Below are positions 1 to 13,689 of a stretch of 64,000 nt of DNA, piece after piece. How positions within the stretch are numbered: the first letter of the stretch is position 1; each line of letters opens with the position of its first letter. The position numbers and the translations under genes were made by a program. This DNA comes from Amoeboaphelidium protococcarum X5 (taxonomy: Eukaryota > Fungi > Aphelidiomycota), in NCBI GenBank assembly GCA_023515725.1, contig JALDTO010000215.1, positions 645,053 through 709,052 on the forward strand, written 5' to 3'. The notes below the pieces were generated by a model. The model was not told the DNA's origin and ran no database searches. It was given only the letters and a program-made list of their open reading frames with translations.

Positions 1-1413
1 TTCGTCTTAGTTAATCCAAACAACACTATTACCAAGCCTTTTCAAAATGACGAATAAAGCTCTAGCCACCGTAGATTTACCACTCAAAGGCAATCCTCTA
101 AGCGCAATAACCACAGGCTTATTATGATCACTACCTTGCTATCGCTCATTTAAATTCTTTTATGACGATTGGAGTTATTGTTATACAATTTTCTAGTCTA
201 ATTCCATAAACTCATTCAGAAGTTCAAGCCATTTGGGCTGTATAATATCCCGGTTATGTTCATCAATTTACTTGCTTTATATCAACCACTAACTAAACTT
301 TATCATTGACTCCAATCGCTGACTCATCCAAAGATCTATGGCCTCCTATCCACACTCCGGTTCCAACTTGGCAGCAGTAGATAGAACAGCCTGACGAACT
401 TTCGCTTCATCCAACTGCCTGAAAGTCGCCTGCCGTATACATCTCTCAAGAGCATAACTGACACTCTTAACTTTGCACATATACACAACTTATTCCTAAA
501 ACTCCTAATTGGAGCTATTCAACTACGAACCTGTGTGTCTGGTCCAATTCAAGACGCAACCTTCACAGTTCTGTAATGAGGCAATATCAACCATGAGCTA
601 CTTGACTTGATCAGGATCTTTGCATGATATAACGCGATAAGACTGAGCAACTTTCAATCCAAATTTTTCGCTAAATAGTTTACTAAATTACGGTGGACTG
701 AGAGCAGTGATACCGAATTGATTCAAGTCCACCGATGCACTTTAGGTTACCGCAAAGAATCGAATATGGTCCTCAACTTCACCATAATCCACCAGGTGGC
801 GCGAGTCTCTGAACAAAGCTTCCCCGCAAGCAGTATACTTATTTTCGGCCAACCATTACTAAAAGTCGGTAGGTGCATTATCACAGACCCAACGAGCTAT
901 CGGCAACGCGAAAGAATATCTCTAATCGTGATACTGCTCATGGGAGAGATCATTCGCGGTTCTGAATATAATATGCACATTCTTGGAGCCAGCCACCCAA
1001 TACAATATACCATCATGTTCAAAGGCAGATACCTGAGCATTTTCTCCATTCTCTTTTATCATGGCGCAGATTGAATCAGCCGCTCGGTAATCCCCATATG
1101 GAGCCGAGTCACGATCATTATAATAGCCAAACTTGCGCAGACCTTGCACAGTACCAACTTACCGCCCAGTAAAAGTATCGTAAACTTGAGAACATCCACG
1201 CGGTAATAATTCCCAGAGTTGTCTACTCTTTGCATACAGCGAATCATCAGGTCCTCCAATACGAGTGGTAATCACAGAAAACGAGCTCGAGGTGGACCGG
1301 ATATAGAATGTCCTGTGCATTGACTTTACTCGACTCGATATTCCACTAAATAATCCCTATACATTATCAAGTTCCTTCTCAATCCACTCCTGTTGCTATT
1401 TTTCCACATTCAT
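1..1413 (-). CDS. RNA ligase (T4 Rnl1/Trl1-like adenylyltransferase) fused to a P-loop polynucleotide kinase; truncated at window edge
   Basis: With TAR=Gln, one frame of 471 codons from ATG 1413. Motifs: LPRG..GLRKF, motif I KENG, GSKNVH, TACGEAL..HLVDY, motif IV EGCVL, motif V KVK, then GLPLSGKST (Walker A) and WINQDE. Confidence 0.8.
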
Positions 1414-1595
1414 ATTATTCTGACTTTGCACTTCGATTAAGCTTGTAACTTGTTGAGAATAAAAAGAGAGTTAAAGGAGAAAAGAGGATGATAAAACTCC
1501 AATGATAAAAGAACGATTAAGTATAACGAACGGGGAATTGTTAAAATCAATCAGTAAAATCTCTTTATATTTAGAAAAGCACAGTAACACTCAAA

Positions 1596-3065
1596 TCATA
1601 GAGTACATTGTCCCTCTTCATCAAGAAGCCAGAGACCGATTAACTTTAGTTGTTCCTTTTTATTGTACGTATAGGGAAAGTTAGCATGGAAGGATACCAA
1701 CGTGTCGGATGCTTCGAGTTGCTGTTCAGCAGTTTAATAATTTGGAGGTACAATACCTTGCTACTGTTAAAGCAGCTGTTAATACCAGATGGCAGCTTTC
1801 TTGTTTTCATCCAACAGATGCTTTTAATAGAGAATGCCATTCATATACTATACCTGATCCAAGATACGCACTTTAAGCACATCATTCGGTAGGGAATCGA
1901 CAGAACCATCCACCAGCATATCCTTGATCACCTGGGGAAACTAATTATAATCCACTAATGATTAATTCTAATTTCCAATATCAAAAATTAAACAATCACG
2001 TCGAAACATTCCCTTCCATCTAGGAAGACATCTAGGTAGTGGACCCACCATGACCGCTTTCATGCCAGGTAATTTCGTGTCACTAACTTAAAAATTCAGC
2101 ATAATATCAACAGCTGTCTAATCATTGAGATTAGTATTGCGCCAGTACTACCACCAAGTATTACTCTGAATGTACTCTAACATCACTTCAAAGAAGCGAA
2201 TAGAGTTAGGTGTCGGCCTGGCAAAGAAGAGTCCACCACAAATTTTAGTGACAGAATTACCGCCTTCCAAAGGATCTTCAAGATTAGAGTAAAAGTCTCT
2301 TGCATCTGTAGAATACACCAAATCTACATCAGTAATACTTTCAAGATAGCGGTCGAGAGCCATAATCTTGGACAGAGGTGGATCATCACCATGATGACTC
2401 TTAACTTTGTATTTGGAATGATTTCCATCACTAGTCGGCGCCGGCACAGACTATGTAATATACTGGAAGGGATCATTGAATAGTAGAACGTCAGTATCTA
2501 TAAAGAGGACATTGTATCCAAGCTTCAAGAGTTTAATTATAAACACAGGGCGATACTCCATCATGGTCCTAAAATCTGGGCCTTTGATTCCCCATAGCCG
2601 TGGAGCATCTGGATCATAAATAACACCGAATGATTTACCATCATTATCATCACTAGAAGCCATTTTACGCTAAATTGAAAGCATCCGCACATATGTTTTT
2701 CTATCATAAGCCCAGAAAATTACATTTTCGGCGCGACTTATTCTACGGGTATTATTAGAGATATTTCTAGCACTATTTACGGCATGATCATCAGTATTCA
2801 GAAGAGAGATTTTACACAAAAAGTGCAGGGCATGCTCAGACATGTCACCCTAAATCTATACGATAAGAACAGTGTTATTTATTGCTTTACTCTGAAGAGT
2901 CTTATGAAATTGATCCTGAGACCAAATAGAGGAAGCTGATGATGTTGAGTAGATGACAGAATATCGATACTCGTACGCAAAATTTATCAGAATGAATACC
3001 AGAGACATCATGGTAAGACCCAGGAATATTCTAAGCATCAATCCTGTACAGCACGTGGAATTCAT
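1596..3065 (-). CDS. Nucleotide-diphospho-sugar transferase (GT77-like) type II membrane glycosyltransferase
   Basis: N-terminal TM segment; LKLGYNVLFIDTDV (DxD), ICGGLFF, NDQ, HAN and LWLL motifs; ends at TGA; 489 aa. Confidence 0.8.
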
Positions 3066-3610
3066 TTACTAAAAATGCCGTTACTTGTAAATAATTTTGA
3101 AGACAGCATTCATCATTATTCGTTATTCAGGAAAAAAAAGGAGAGAGAGAGTGAGCGGGTGTGAAATTCAGATGAAATAAAGAAGTCGATCGGCGCGAAT
3201 TCAATTGAGGAAAGCGAGCGCTTCTGATTCGGGGAGATCACCGGTTGTTAGGCGGCGCTTGCTGTTAGTCGCTAGCTGTCAGAATCTTATTTGAACCATT
3301 AATAGAGATGGTTTTGGTGGAATGCTCTATTACAGTATCAGTCTGTACTCTTTATTCGTTTTCTTATTTGGTATGAAGTATATTTGATTTAAATTTCATC
3401 GTGACTCTCAATGGCGTGTGTCAAATAGAATAGGAGTCACGTATATTTATCATAACTTGAAAGGACATTTTGGTCTATCTTCGCAAATACCTTCTTTATA
3501 GTTGATACTTACTTGGAAAAGAAAGGTTTAATAATTACTAGTTGACAGTTTCAGATACGCGTTGATCGCTTCGTTAAATTTCCGTATGTTTTCTCTCAGA
3601 CAAGCTACAA

Positions 3611-4722
3611 ATGATGACGTTGGAGAAGTTGTGCTAAACGTTAAAACATCACTCATTGAACATGAGTTCAAGACTTGTAGTGCTCACTGGTGCTGGTATA
3701 TCTACTGATAGTGGAATTCCTGATTATCGCGGTATGTCCCGTCTCGTATAGTCTCATCATCAACATTGCTAAAAGTTGCTTAGTATATAGTTGTAGGACC
3801 GAATGGCAGTTACTCAATCTAGAAAGATTATAAACCTATTACGTATCAGGAGTTTATGAGATCTGATGAGCGGCGAAAACGATATTGGGCGCGGAGCTTT
3901 CTAGGCTGGCCAAGGATATCTCTGGCGAAACCCAACTCATCTCACAACGCGCTGACAACTTTATAAAGCTTGATCCCGTTCGAAATATTTACTCAGAATG
4001 TTGATGGTTTGCATTTGAAGGCGCGGTCCCGTGATGTTGTATAGATGCATGGAACTCTGTCGGAGGTGATCTGTTAAGGATGTCTTCGGCCGTTTTAAGG
4101 AGGGCGTGATGCTTTTCAACTGGCTCTACTTGATTTAAATCCATCATGGTCTCAGTTGTTACTAGATGCAACGTAATAATACACAGAGTATTATGAGAGT
4201 CACAATTTCTTAAATCGATCTGATGATGATGAAATGCACGTACTACATACTCTTGGAGTGGTTAGACACGTTTAACGCCCGAATACTGGTCTCTCTTACA
4301 AGAATTCAGTTGTGAGACCAGATGGAGATGTAGACTTGGGCAACTTGTCATATGCCGACTTTAAATATCCAACGTGTCAACATTGTAATGATAATGATTT
4401 ACATTCAAATCGCCGACAATACATGGGAATTTATAAACCTGCAGTGGTGTTCTTTGGTGAGAATTTAGAAGTATCTGTAAGGGATCATGTTTTGCGAACG
4501 GTTGGGAGTCTATAGGCGACATAAGATTCTCTGCTCGTCATTGGATCTTCTCTTGAAGTTTACTCTGCTTACAGGATAGTTAAAATTGCCCTTTAGAAAG
4601 GAGCTTTGGTTAATATCATCAATTTGGGAGCCACGCGGGCGGATAAACATTTAGAGGTTAACAAAGTTGAAATTCCATCATCGAATGCACTTAAACGCGT
4701 GCTATAGACTATTAAAGCATGA
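3611..4722 (+). CDS. SIRT4: Class II sirtuin (SIRT4-like NAD-dependent deacylase); intron 3732-3796
   Basis: GAGISTDSGIPDYRG, RYWARSFLGW, TQNVDGLH, RPDGD, KPAVVFFGE, GSSL motifs. Start codon uncertain. Confidence 0.9.
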
Positions 4723-4768
4723 TCAAAATATCATGAATAGTTATAAAATCATTATCAAATCTATTTTA

Positions 4769-5446
4769 TCACATTCTCAGCTCTTTAGGGAACGGATTAG
4801 CAAATGGATCATCCAAATAAAAGGTTCTATCAGTAGCGACTGAAATCTCAGTGTCCCAGTCTCCTTTGGTCTTGTCTTTATTAGGGCCAGACTTGTCAAA
4901 TTTGTATGGAATCTATGAACCGGACTCTACAGAGTATCTCATACGGCCACATTCACCTACAGACCAATTCGCCGGCTTAAATATAATATCCGTAGGTTTG
5001 TCCGTAGTTGGATCAATATGCTACACCGCCGTCATTGGAATAGGCAACAAACTGATGGCAGAGGTACTAGAATGGCGCATTATCTTCTGATACATGTCTT
5101 TCACGTAGACGGCGCGTTTCTTCCAATCAACACCAACTATAGGTCCTCTTCGCAGCTACTGATCTTGTTCACTGTTCAATGCCGCTAACTATGGGTCAAG
5201 TTATGGCGTATTAGCCGCGATATTTGACTCGATGCGCTTATCAAAAAAGCCCTTCCTCACTTCCACCACGTCATTGAGATAAAACTTGGGCATAAGCTCT
5301 TTATTTCCATACTAATCACGAGCCTTCTTCTAGATGCTCAGACTTTCGCGCACTCTTTGGCGGGAGGAACGTACACCATCCAGCGATTATTCATACGCAG
5401 CCTCTAGGATCTGCTTTGGTAGTGTAAAAGGTAGCTTCTTTGGCAT
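4769..5446 (-). CDS. MRPL24: Mitochondrial ribosomal protein uL24m
   Basis: KOW-like DVVEVRKG..GPIVGVDWKKRAVYV; HIDPTTDKPT; RMRYSVESGSQIP; ends at TGA. Confidence 0.7.
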
Positions 5447-5577
5447 TTCTTTTTTAATAATCTGTCTGATTTTCTCTTGATGAAATTCGCTTAGAGAAAA
5501 GAGTAGGAAGGGAATATCCCTCAAAAGACTGATTGATCTTCAAGTTTGATCAAGACAGTGTCGAGCTTTAAAGACTA

Positions 5578-6331
5578 ATGATTATTCAAAAAAGGATTTC
5601 TTAGCTGTATAATGGCCGTTAGACATTGAGATTACCTGTCCGACCGTTAAGTTTTCATTAGACCGGAGACTTTATACTCCGCAAGGATTTTATCACTGCG
5701 GATGAAGAGTCGCCATTGGTAAAATATGTGGATGCACGTTTGGCACGTCGAGAACCTTATCATTATGATCATTTTGATAAAGTTATAAAAGGATACAGAG
5801 AGTGCATTATGTCCAGCTGGCCATAGGATATGGAATTGATATTCTAAAGAATGAGGAAGTGCGTGTTAGATATGGCTTAACGTGATAATATCAAATGGAA
5901 GCCTATTCATGTTTTGGATCTTGCCGAAAATGGTGTCATTGGACCGCACACTGATTACATTGATGTAAATTATTTTTTTATGCGCACCTTAACTCTAACA
6001 TTTTGCTTTGTAGTATTCTGGTGAGTATGTTTGTGGTCTTAGTTTGTTAAGTGACACGGTCATATAGTTTGAGCATTCTCAAAACACCTCGGACTGGTAG
6101 AAGATCCATATTCCAAGACGGTCATTTTATATCACAAAGTAAGATTAATAACACATTGAGGGCTTATAATTTCATTAATTAATCACCGTGTTGTGACAAT
6201 GTAGAGGATCTGTAAGACGAGATTATAAGCATTCGATATAGTCTGAGAATGGTATTTTCAGAGTTGATGGCGCGTAGTTCAAGCAACAACGGAGGATCTC
6301 ATTAATGCTACGCGATGAAAAACAGGCGTGA
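5578..6331 (+). CDS. ALKBH7: AlkB homolog 7 (2OG-Fe(II) dioxygenase); introns 5965-6013 and 6139-6204
   Basis: DFITADEE, HFDKVIKGYRE, HVLDL..G.IGPHTD (HxD), GLSLLS, YKHSI, RRISLMLR. Confidence 0.88.
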
Positions 6332-6837
6332 AAATGTCAAGGTAATCTAGATAGCGTTTGTAGAATTGTTTCTCATTTAAAAGTGTTCGTTTCATTATTC
6401 TTAGCGCTTACTTTCTCACGCCTCATATATGACGAGTGTAAACTTGGAGTAACTCTAACTCTCTATCTCTCTCACTGTCGCTTTGTCCATTCCCGTTCCA
6501 CATTAGCGAGCGATATGAACGATCGAGTCATTGCGACGAGTCACAGAACGCGACGCAGTGAGATCGCGCTAATGCCGTTCTCTTCCTGCGCTTCTGCATC
6601 GTAAACTTCAAGCAAGCTAGGCGTCGCGGTCAGAACAGAAAAAAATTCTTTTCCTTCGTTTCTCTTTTTCATTTCACTTGGAGTGTTATTAAAGGTCTGT
6701 ACCATTCATTTATATATAACTCACCTGGTCTTCTTCAGGGCCACTATTGGTCATTTATACACTACTGTTTACTGATTCTCTGTTTGCCAATTGTTTAGAA
6801 CTGTGTTAATTAAGTAAGGTAGTACTTTGTGGTTGAA

Positions 6838-9288
6838 ATGAGTAGTAGTAACAAGAAGGAAGACGATAAATTTGCTATTCTCCAATAGTAGGCGTAAAGT
6901 GAGCTAATTGAGCATCTACGTTAATAGAGATAATAGCAGTAACAGTAGAAGTAGCAATTTTAATAGCAGACGTCACTGCCTTAATAATCTCCAACTTAAA
7001 AGTACCAATAGTAGTAGCATCTGAGTCCGTAACATAGTCTGCAGTAGTAGGAACAGTAGTAAAACTTGAATAGAATTGCAGGGTCCCCACCTCGAACAAT
7101 GACTACGGTCGGGTCAACTGCTGCCACTGATACAATGTAATCTGCTAGCTCTACTACTGTGCCACCTCTGCATTTAGATAACTTGAGAAATCCGTAGATG
7201 AGTATTGATAGGGATGCTTTGATGGCTGCCATGTCTGCCGGTGGATCGTCTCCAGATTAATTTGTTTAAACTTATAACTCCAATGTTGAAGGTGGTGAAC
7301 GGATTGTTGACCTTAGTCCGAATGGAAGATATGCTAAACTTAATTGTATACTTGGCAAGGGTGCATATAAGGTCGTGTACAAAGCTATAGACCGGGAAGA
7401 AGGTTATGAGGTGGCGTGGAACTGTTTCTAGACCACCAAGGCAGAGTTTACTGCTCTTAGTCAGGAAATTGAAATACTTAAACGAGTCAGGCATCCAAAT
7501 ATTATAAACTTCCATGATTGCTGGTTCAATAATAATGAATTTGTATTCGTGACAGAGCTAATGACTTCTGGTACTCTGCGTGAGTATATTCGAAAGTTGC
7601 AAAGTCCTAACATTAAAGTTGTGAAGCGATGGTGTCGATAAATTTTGAAAGGCTTGGCCTACCTACACGCTCATAATCCTCCGATAATTCATCGAGATAT
7701 CAAGTGTGATAACATCTTTATCAATGGAGCTCACGGTGAAGTCAAGATTGGTGATATGGGCACTGCCAAGATGAAGTTGGGTAAGAAGTACACTGTTATT
7801 GGAACTCCAGAGTTTATGGCTCCAGAAATGTATGAAGAGAAGGGCTACAACGAGAAGGTGGATATTTATGCTTTCGGTATGTGTCTGCTTGAAATGGTGA
7901 CTGGTGAGTATCCTTATTCCGAATGCACTAACGCAGCTCAGATTTACAAAAAGGTCTCGCAAGGTCTTAAACCGGATTGTCTGCTAAAGGTTACTGATTC
8001 TGAAGTGATTGATATTCTTGGAAAGTGTATATGCGCTGAGAATGATCGATTATCTGCCGCTCAACTCTTGGAGCACCCATTTTTGACTGTAGAGCCGGAG
8101 GTTGTGCTCATATCTGCTAGTGATGATAAGATTAATCTAGTTCTGCAGGTGTTGTTTAGAGGTATGGAAAAGCTGTCGGTCAAGTTTGAATTTAATGTCG
8201 AGAATGACACTGCAGAGGATGTCGTGAATGAGATGATTTAGGAGAAGGTTTTGCATTAGAAATACCAAGTTCTTATTACTCATGAGATCAATCGCATCCT
8301 CAGGGATCTTCATAAACTGAGTGTTGAGAATAAAGGCACCAAGGAGGAGAGTCGATAAATGTGGAGACGGAGTGATACCACCATCATGCGAGATGAATTG
8401 GATCGGGCGAAGCTTGAGGTACAGAAGGCGACTGTACGTGCTCTTGAAGCTGAGAAGAAGGCCGAGCTGTCAGAGGTCAGAGCTAGACTAGCTGAGGAGC
8501 GAACAGTTGCAAGTCCTAATCTGCAGGACTCTATGCACTCTTACAATGCATCATCAGCTATTGGAAGTCCTGGATAGACCATGATCAGCTCGACTTTTGT
8601 TGCCGACAATGGCAAAGCTCTGACTATTAATACTGAGGATGGTTAGTAGACTACTGTTCCATTGAAAGACTACAAAGATGAGCAGGCTATCGAAGATTTG
8701 GTGCACGACACTGCAGTGGTCAATAATCGTGGTGTGGATAAAGAGCGAGAATGGCTAGCCAAGCTTCATGCTTAGGATGTGATGACCGTCGGTGATCTGC
8801 GTGATCTTCACGATGAAGATTGGGGCAATCTGGGACTTACGGTGTTTGCGAGTAGGGCGCTGAGGAATGCTCTCCATGGTAAGCAATTAAGGAATATTAG
8901 CCCAAAGAATGCTCCCTCTGGTAGTACTGGGTAGCCAAAGTCGATAGTGACAACTCCACCGATGAGTTCAATGGGTGGCGACTATTTTGCATCATCATCT
9001 GCGTCTACACATAATCCCGCTAGTGCAAGTGCATAGTAGTCAACGCTCGCATAGACCGTGCATGGTGGTATCCAGCAAGCTCACGTTTAATCTCATTCCT
9101 CGTAGCCATCTTCTGGGTCAGCTGCAAGTGGACATGCTAATTAAATTGCACACGCCCGTCGAAGAAGTAATGCTGCTGACGTCAACAGTGGACTAAGGAA
9201 TTAGTCAGTGGTGCATGAGTAATAGTCGATGCACCACCAAGATAGTAACTAGTAGCCGTATTATGACGCTGAGGCTTTCGATAAATGA
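6838..9288 (+). CDS. WNK: WNK (with-no-lysine) Ser/Thr kinase with autoinhibitory domain and C-terminal SAM-like region
   Basis: [10 protein letters not shown] (catalytic Lys in the glycine loop), [48 protein letters not shown]. Confidence 0.92.
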
Positions 9289-9450
9289 GATTTGAATCTT
9301 AAAATATACTCATAAATATGTTGACTTTATCTATCTGTTATTTGCCGTAATACGTCACTAAAAATATAAAAAGAATGACTAAGATTGCATTACTAAGTTT
9401 GTATTTCCGATCTTATAAATTATCACGACTCTTATTTATCACACCACAAC

Positions 9451-10818
9451 TCAATTGGCCCCTGCACCGTTGAATACCAAAGCATTAGGTGAAGCCCTGT
9501 CGAGATTTCTAATCTTGTCCTTGTTGGCAATCTTGGACAGCTTCTCGATGGCGTCCTTATAAGAAGCTGACGCATCCATACCACTCCAAATAGCAGCGAG
9601 AACACCAGCCGCAATTGGAGATGCCATACTTGTTCCACTCAAGACTTGATAACTCTTTGGACCCTCATTCCATGAAGAATAGATGAAATGACCAGGAGAG
9701 AAAACGTTCACACACGATCCATAGTTGCTAAAGAACGCCGGGTTATCCAGAATGTCACTCGCACCAACAGTGAAAACATTTTCAGCGCTAGCAGGACTAA
9801 AAGTGCAAGCATCAGCGGCAGAGTTGCCAGCAGCAGCAACGATAGGAATTCCATTCTCAACCACCTTATCTGCAGCGGCATTTAGAGACTGAATAAATGG
9901 ACCACCAAGCGACATATTAATAACGCTCTTCTTGTTGCCCTTCTTACCGCCCCACCAGCTGTGCTTTCTCTTATGATCCTTCACCACGTAATCCAGACCG
10001 GCAATGATCCAACTAATCATACCAATGCCACCAGGTCCCAAAACTTTAACAGCGACCAGGTCGGCTTTAGGTGCAGCACCAGTGGTTTTACCAGCAGACA
10101 GGCCAGCACAGTGAGAACCGTGTCCATTGCCATCTTTATTGCCAGAGAACCATGCAGTGGTCTTGCCCCATCTAGCGCGACCTTCAAATTGCTCATGACC
10201 AACATTGATACCAGTGTCAACGATATAGATATCAACACCTTTACCAGTTTCCTTATCGTTACCTTTGAATGAGTAAACAGGATATCCTGGCTAATCACCT
10301 TTCTACTTCACAGCGTCAACTTGACTTACGCGCTACAGGCCCCATGATGTCTTGTTGTGAGCCCATGCAATGTTGGCAATGCCTTCAGGGATTTTCTAGT
10401 CATCTTCATGGATGTATTCCAGCTTGACCATCATATCCTGTTCCACCAGCTCAACATCAGGATGACCGCGGATAGCATCAATGACACGTGGAGAGAAGCG
10501 ACCAGCATAACCTTGGAATCCAGGGAAATCATACTGTTGCTAAACGATCGACTGCACATCCTACAACTCTTAGGTATTAGCTTCAGCAACTACAGACTAC
10601 AACCAAGTCAGATGAGCATTCAGCGTAGTGGTGCCAGTAATGGCAGCAGTCTCAAGATCACCATCAACGCCGCGCATCTGCACAATGTACTGATCCTCAG
10701 CGAGCTCGGCAGTCGGAGACACATCTGGAACGCGTAGAGGAGCCAAAGATGCTCTATTGAATGGAATTTACGCACCCAGTGCAAATGAAGCCAAAAATAA
10801 GCACAAATACTAACGCAT
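9451..10818 (-). CDS. Subtilisin-like S8 serine protease (proteinase B/K type) with signal peptide and propeptide
   Basis: WGLQRVS; IYIVDTG (Asp), DGNGHGSHCAG (His), AAGN, GTSMASP (Ser). Confidence 0.93.
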
Positions 10819-11483
10819 ATTTGGATTGACAATTTGTGATTAGAATATTTATTGAAGATACTCTAATCAGAGTAAAAGAGATTAATGACGAGTAGGAAAT
10901 TTATCACGACAATCTTGCCATGATTATCAATCGGTGGCGCAGTCTCGGTGACTCCACACTTTAACGCGTGTCTATAATACTCCAATAAATTCATGCCTCT
11001 ATTGTTAAAATATTCATGATCTATGTGGAGTAAGATGAGAGATAATAATCTAGTAAAGAAGAAGAGAAAAGAACCTCATAAATACTCAACAAATGATTGA
11101 TCATAGGTTCAAGCATTCAATACGATAAAACATCGTTCGATACCGATTAGGATGATACCATAGAAAAAAATAGCCAACACTGAACTTGAGTCACTGTTTT
11201 AAGGATCTATGAGCAAAAATGACATTTTAATTAGAAAGAGATTGTTGACAATGAATATACACGTGATCTATTTCTTGTGCCTCATCGTACACAATGTGTG
11301 AAACTCCCGGCCGTTGGTTGCTGATGTCTGAAACAAAACGCTTCTGTTTACCCACTCTCTCACACTCGCCTGGTCGGTTTCTCGTCAGACAGACAGACTT
11401 TCTCGCTCTTACCGGTGTGTGTGTGCGTGTGTGTGTTGTCCCTCAGCCCAAAAGAAAGAAATCAGAAACGAGCTCCAAAGACC

Positions 11484-11503
11484 AGAGAGAGAGAGAGAGA
11501 GAG
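11484..11503. repeat. (AG)n microsatellite upstream of the PP2A-B55 gene
   Basis: About 10 AG units visible. A short (GT)n run lies nearby at about 11415-11435. Confidence 0.8.
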
Positions 11504-11753
11504 AAGCGACAACAAAGAAAGACGTTCGTTCGTTCCGTTAGAATTTGAACCCCTTCATTTATCGAAAGAACAGAGGAAGAACAAGAACAAGAAGTGTCAA
11601 CCTATCTAATTGCAATTTTAAGGATCGCTTTTGAATCACCCATCGACTACTTGCACCTAGAATTACCTCTTAAAGCAACAGTATTACATTGATAAAATCA
11701 AGTTCTGTTTACACCGCCTAGATTGCTGACATCAACCAACACTGGATATTGAA

Positions 11754-13389
11754 ATGAGTTCATAATAGTAGTAGTAGTCATAGTCATAGTCACAAGAAGA
11801 CGGAACTTGGAAGTTTGCCCAATGCTTCGGCGACAAGGGTGATGTCGAGGATGTAACAGAGCCTGATATCATATCTGCTGTGGAGTTTGACCACACTGGC
11901 AACTATCTCGCCACTGGTGACAAGGGAGGCAGAGTGGTTCTGTTTGAGCGAAACACTTAGGTAAGTTATTGATGTTGATATCTGTTACTAATATTGATCA
12001 TTTGTGATTATTCTAATGATGATAATGGCTTTTGCTCATCTGAATACGCCGCTTATATGGCTGGCTATTCAGTGAGCGATTGTCGTTATGTATCCATCTG
12101 AATCTATCTACTATATATGTATGTCTGTGTAGAAGAAGGGATGTGAGTACAAGTTTTATACAGAGTTCTAATCACATGAGCCAGAGTTTGACTACCTCAA
12201 AAGTGTGGAGATTGAGGAGAAGATTAATAAGATCAAGTGGTTGAAGCAGCATGGCAATAACAATTTGCTTCTATCCACTAATGGTAAGGCTATTTTAACC
12301 TTCATTATAGATTTACTGATAGCGATAACTCTCTTATTGATTCATTTGTGTGTAGATAAAACGATCAAGTTGTGGAAAGTGTATGAAAAGACGGTAAAGA
12401 GTTTGGTGGAGGGTAATATAAATGCTATGGACACTGAGAATACCTCGGCACCTAATGGTATTCTAAAGTTGCCCAAGGTTCTGATATCGGACGCTTTTGT
12501 GGCAGCATAGCCCAAGAAGATTTATTCTAATGCTCACACCTACCACATCAACTCCATTTCTGTCAACTCGGACCAAGAGACCTTCCTATCTGCAGATGAT
12601 CTGAGAATTAATTTGTGGAATTTTGCTGTCAATGATCAGAGCTTTAACATTGTTGATATCAAACCGGTGAATATGGAAGAGTTGACTGAGGTTATCACAG
12701 CTGCCGAGTTCCATCCTCTGCTGTGTAATCAGTTTGTGTACAGCAGCAGTAAAGGCACCATCAAGCTCGCTGACATGAGGTAATAGGCTCTGTGTGATAG
12801 ACACGCCAAATGTTATGAAGAGGATGAAGATCCTGCCAACAAGAGCTTCTTTACAGAGATTCTGTCTTCCGTGAATGATGTCAGATTCAGTCCGGATGGT
12901 AGGTACTTGCTGTCTCGCGATTATCTCACTTTAAAGCTATGGGATGTCAATATGGAGAATAAGCCAGTGAAGAAGATCAATGTTCATGACTATGTCAACT
13001 CTAAGCTGGCCGAGCTGTATGAGCAGGAGATCTTGTTTGACAAGTTTGAATGCAACTGGAGTGGTGATGGCAAGTATATGCTCACCGGTTCTTATGGCAA
13101 CTATTTCAATATATACGATAGAGGCAGTAAGAATGAGGTGTCCTTATAGGCGGATAAGAGTGCATTCAAGGCCAAGCGATCAAACACTGCCAAGACCAAG
13201 CTCGGCCTGGGAAAATCCACAAAGTCCTTGTCCTCGGGCAGTACCGGTGGTGGTCTATCCAAGAAGGAGGAAATTAATCCGGATACTGTAGACTTTTCCA
13301 AGAAGATTTTGCACTCATCCTGGCATCCGAAAGAGAACTCTGTCGCTGTTGCTGCCACTAATAACTTGTTCCTGTTCAGCACTTTGTGA
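11754..13389 (+). CDS. CDC55: PP2A regulatory subunit B55 (WD40); introns 11961-12132 and 12284-12355
   Basis: [62 protein letters not shown]. Confidence 0.96.
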
Positions 13390-13689
13390 TTGAGTTGTTT
13401 GGTATAATTGTAGACTTGGACACTGTTTTATACATTCTACTTGAAAGTAAGTGTCCAGGTCTCGCTGACTTTTAATAATCAACTGCTGACAAGAATATAA
13501 TTGAATGAACCGTGTAAGTGTATTAGTAGATTTCGGTAATCTATTTATTGTATACTATCCTGTTTGTCTTGTCTAGATTATAAAATTTTAAAATCTATAA
13601 TATTCACCAAAGGACTGTGATTGAGAGATTTGCATTTTCTTCTATTCTTCAATTCAACTTGAACAAAACGGAGCGAAAATCAGAAAAAG

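Noticed and set aside
3222-3284. GC-rich possible hairpin (TTCTGA...TCAGAA) as an ncRNA
   Set aside because: Pairing is imperfect and no family motif is recognisable; more likely promoter sequence.
3505-3516. ATACTTACTTGG resembling the U1 snRNA 5' end
   Set aside because: Mismatch in the core and no downstream U1 stems or Sm site.
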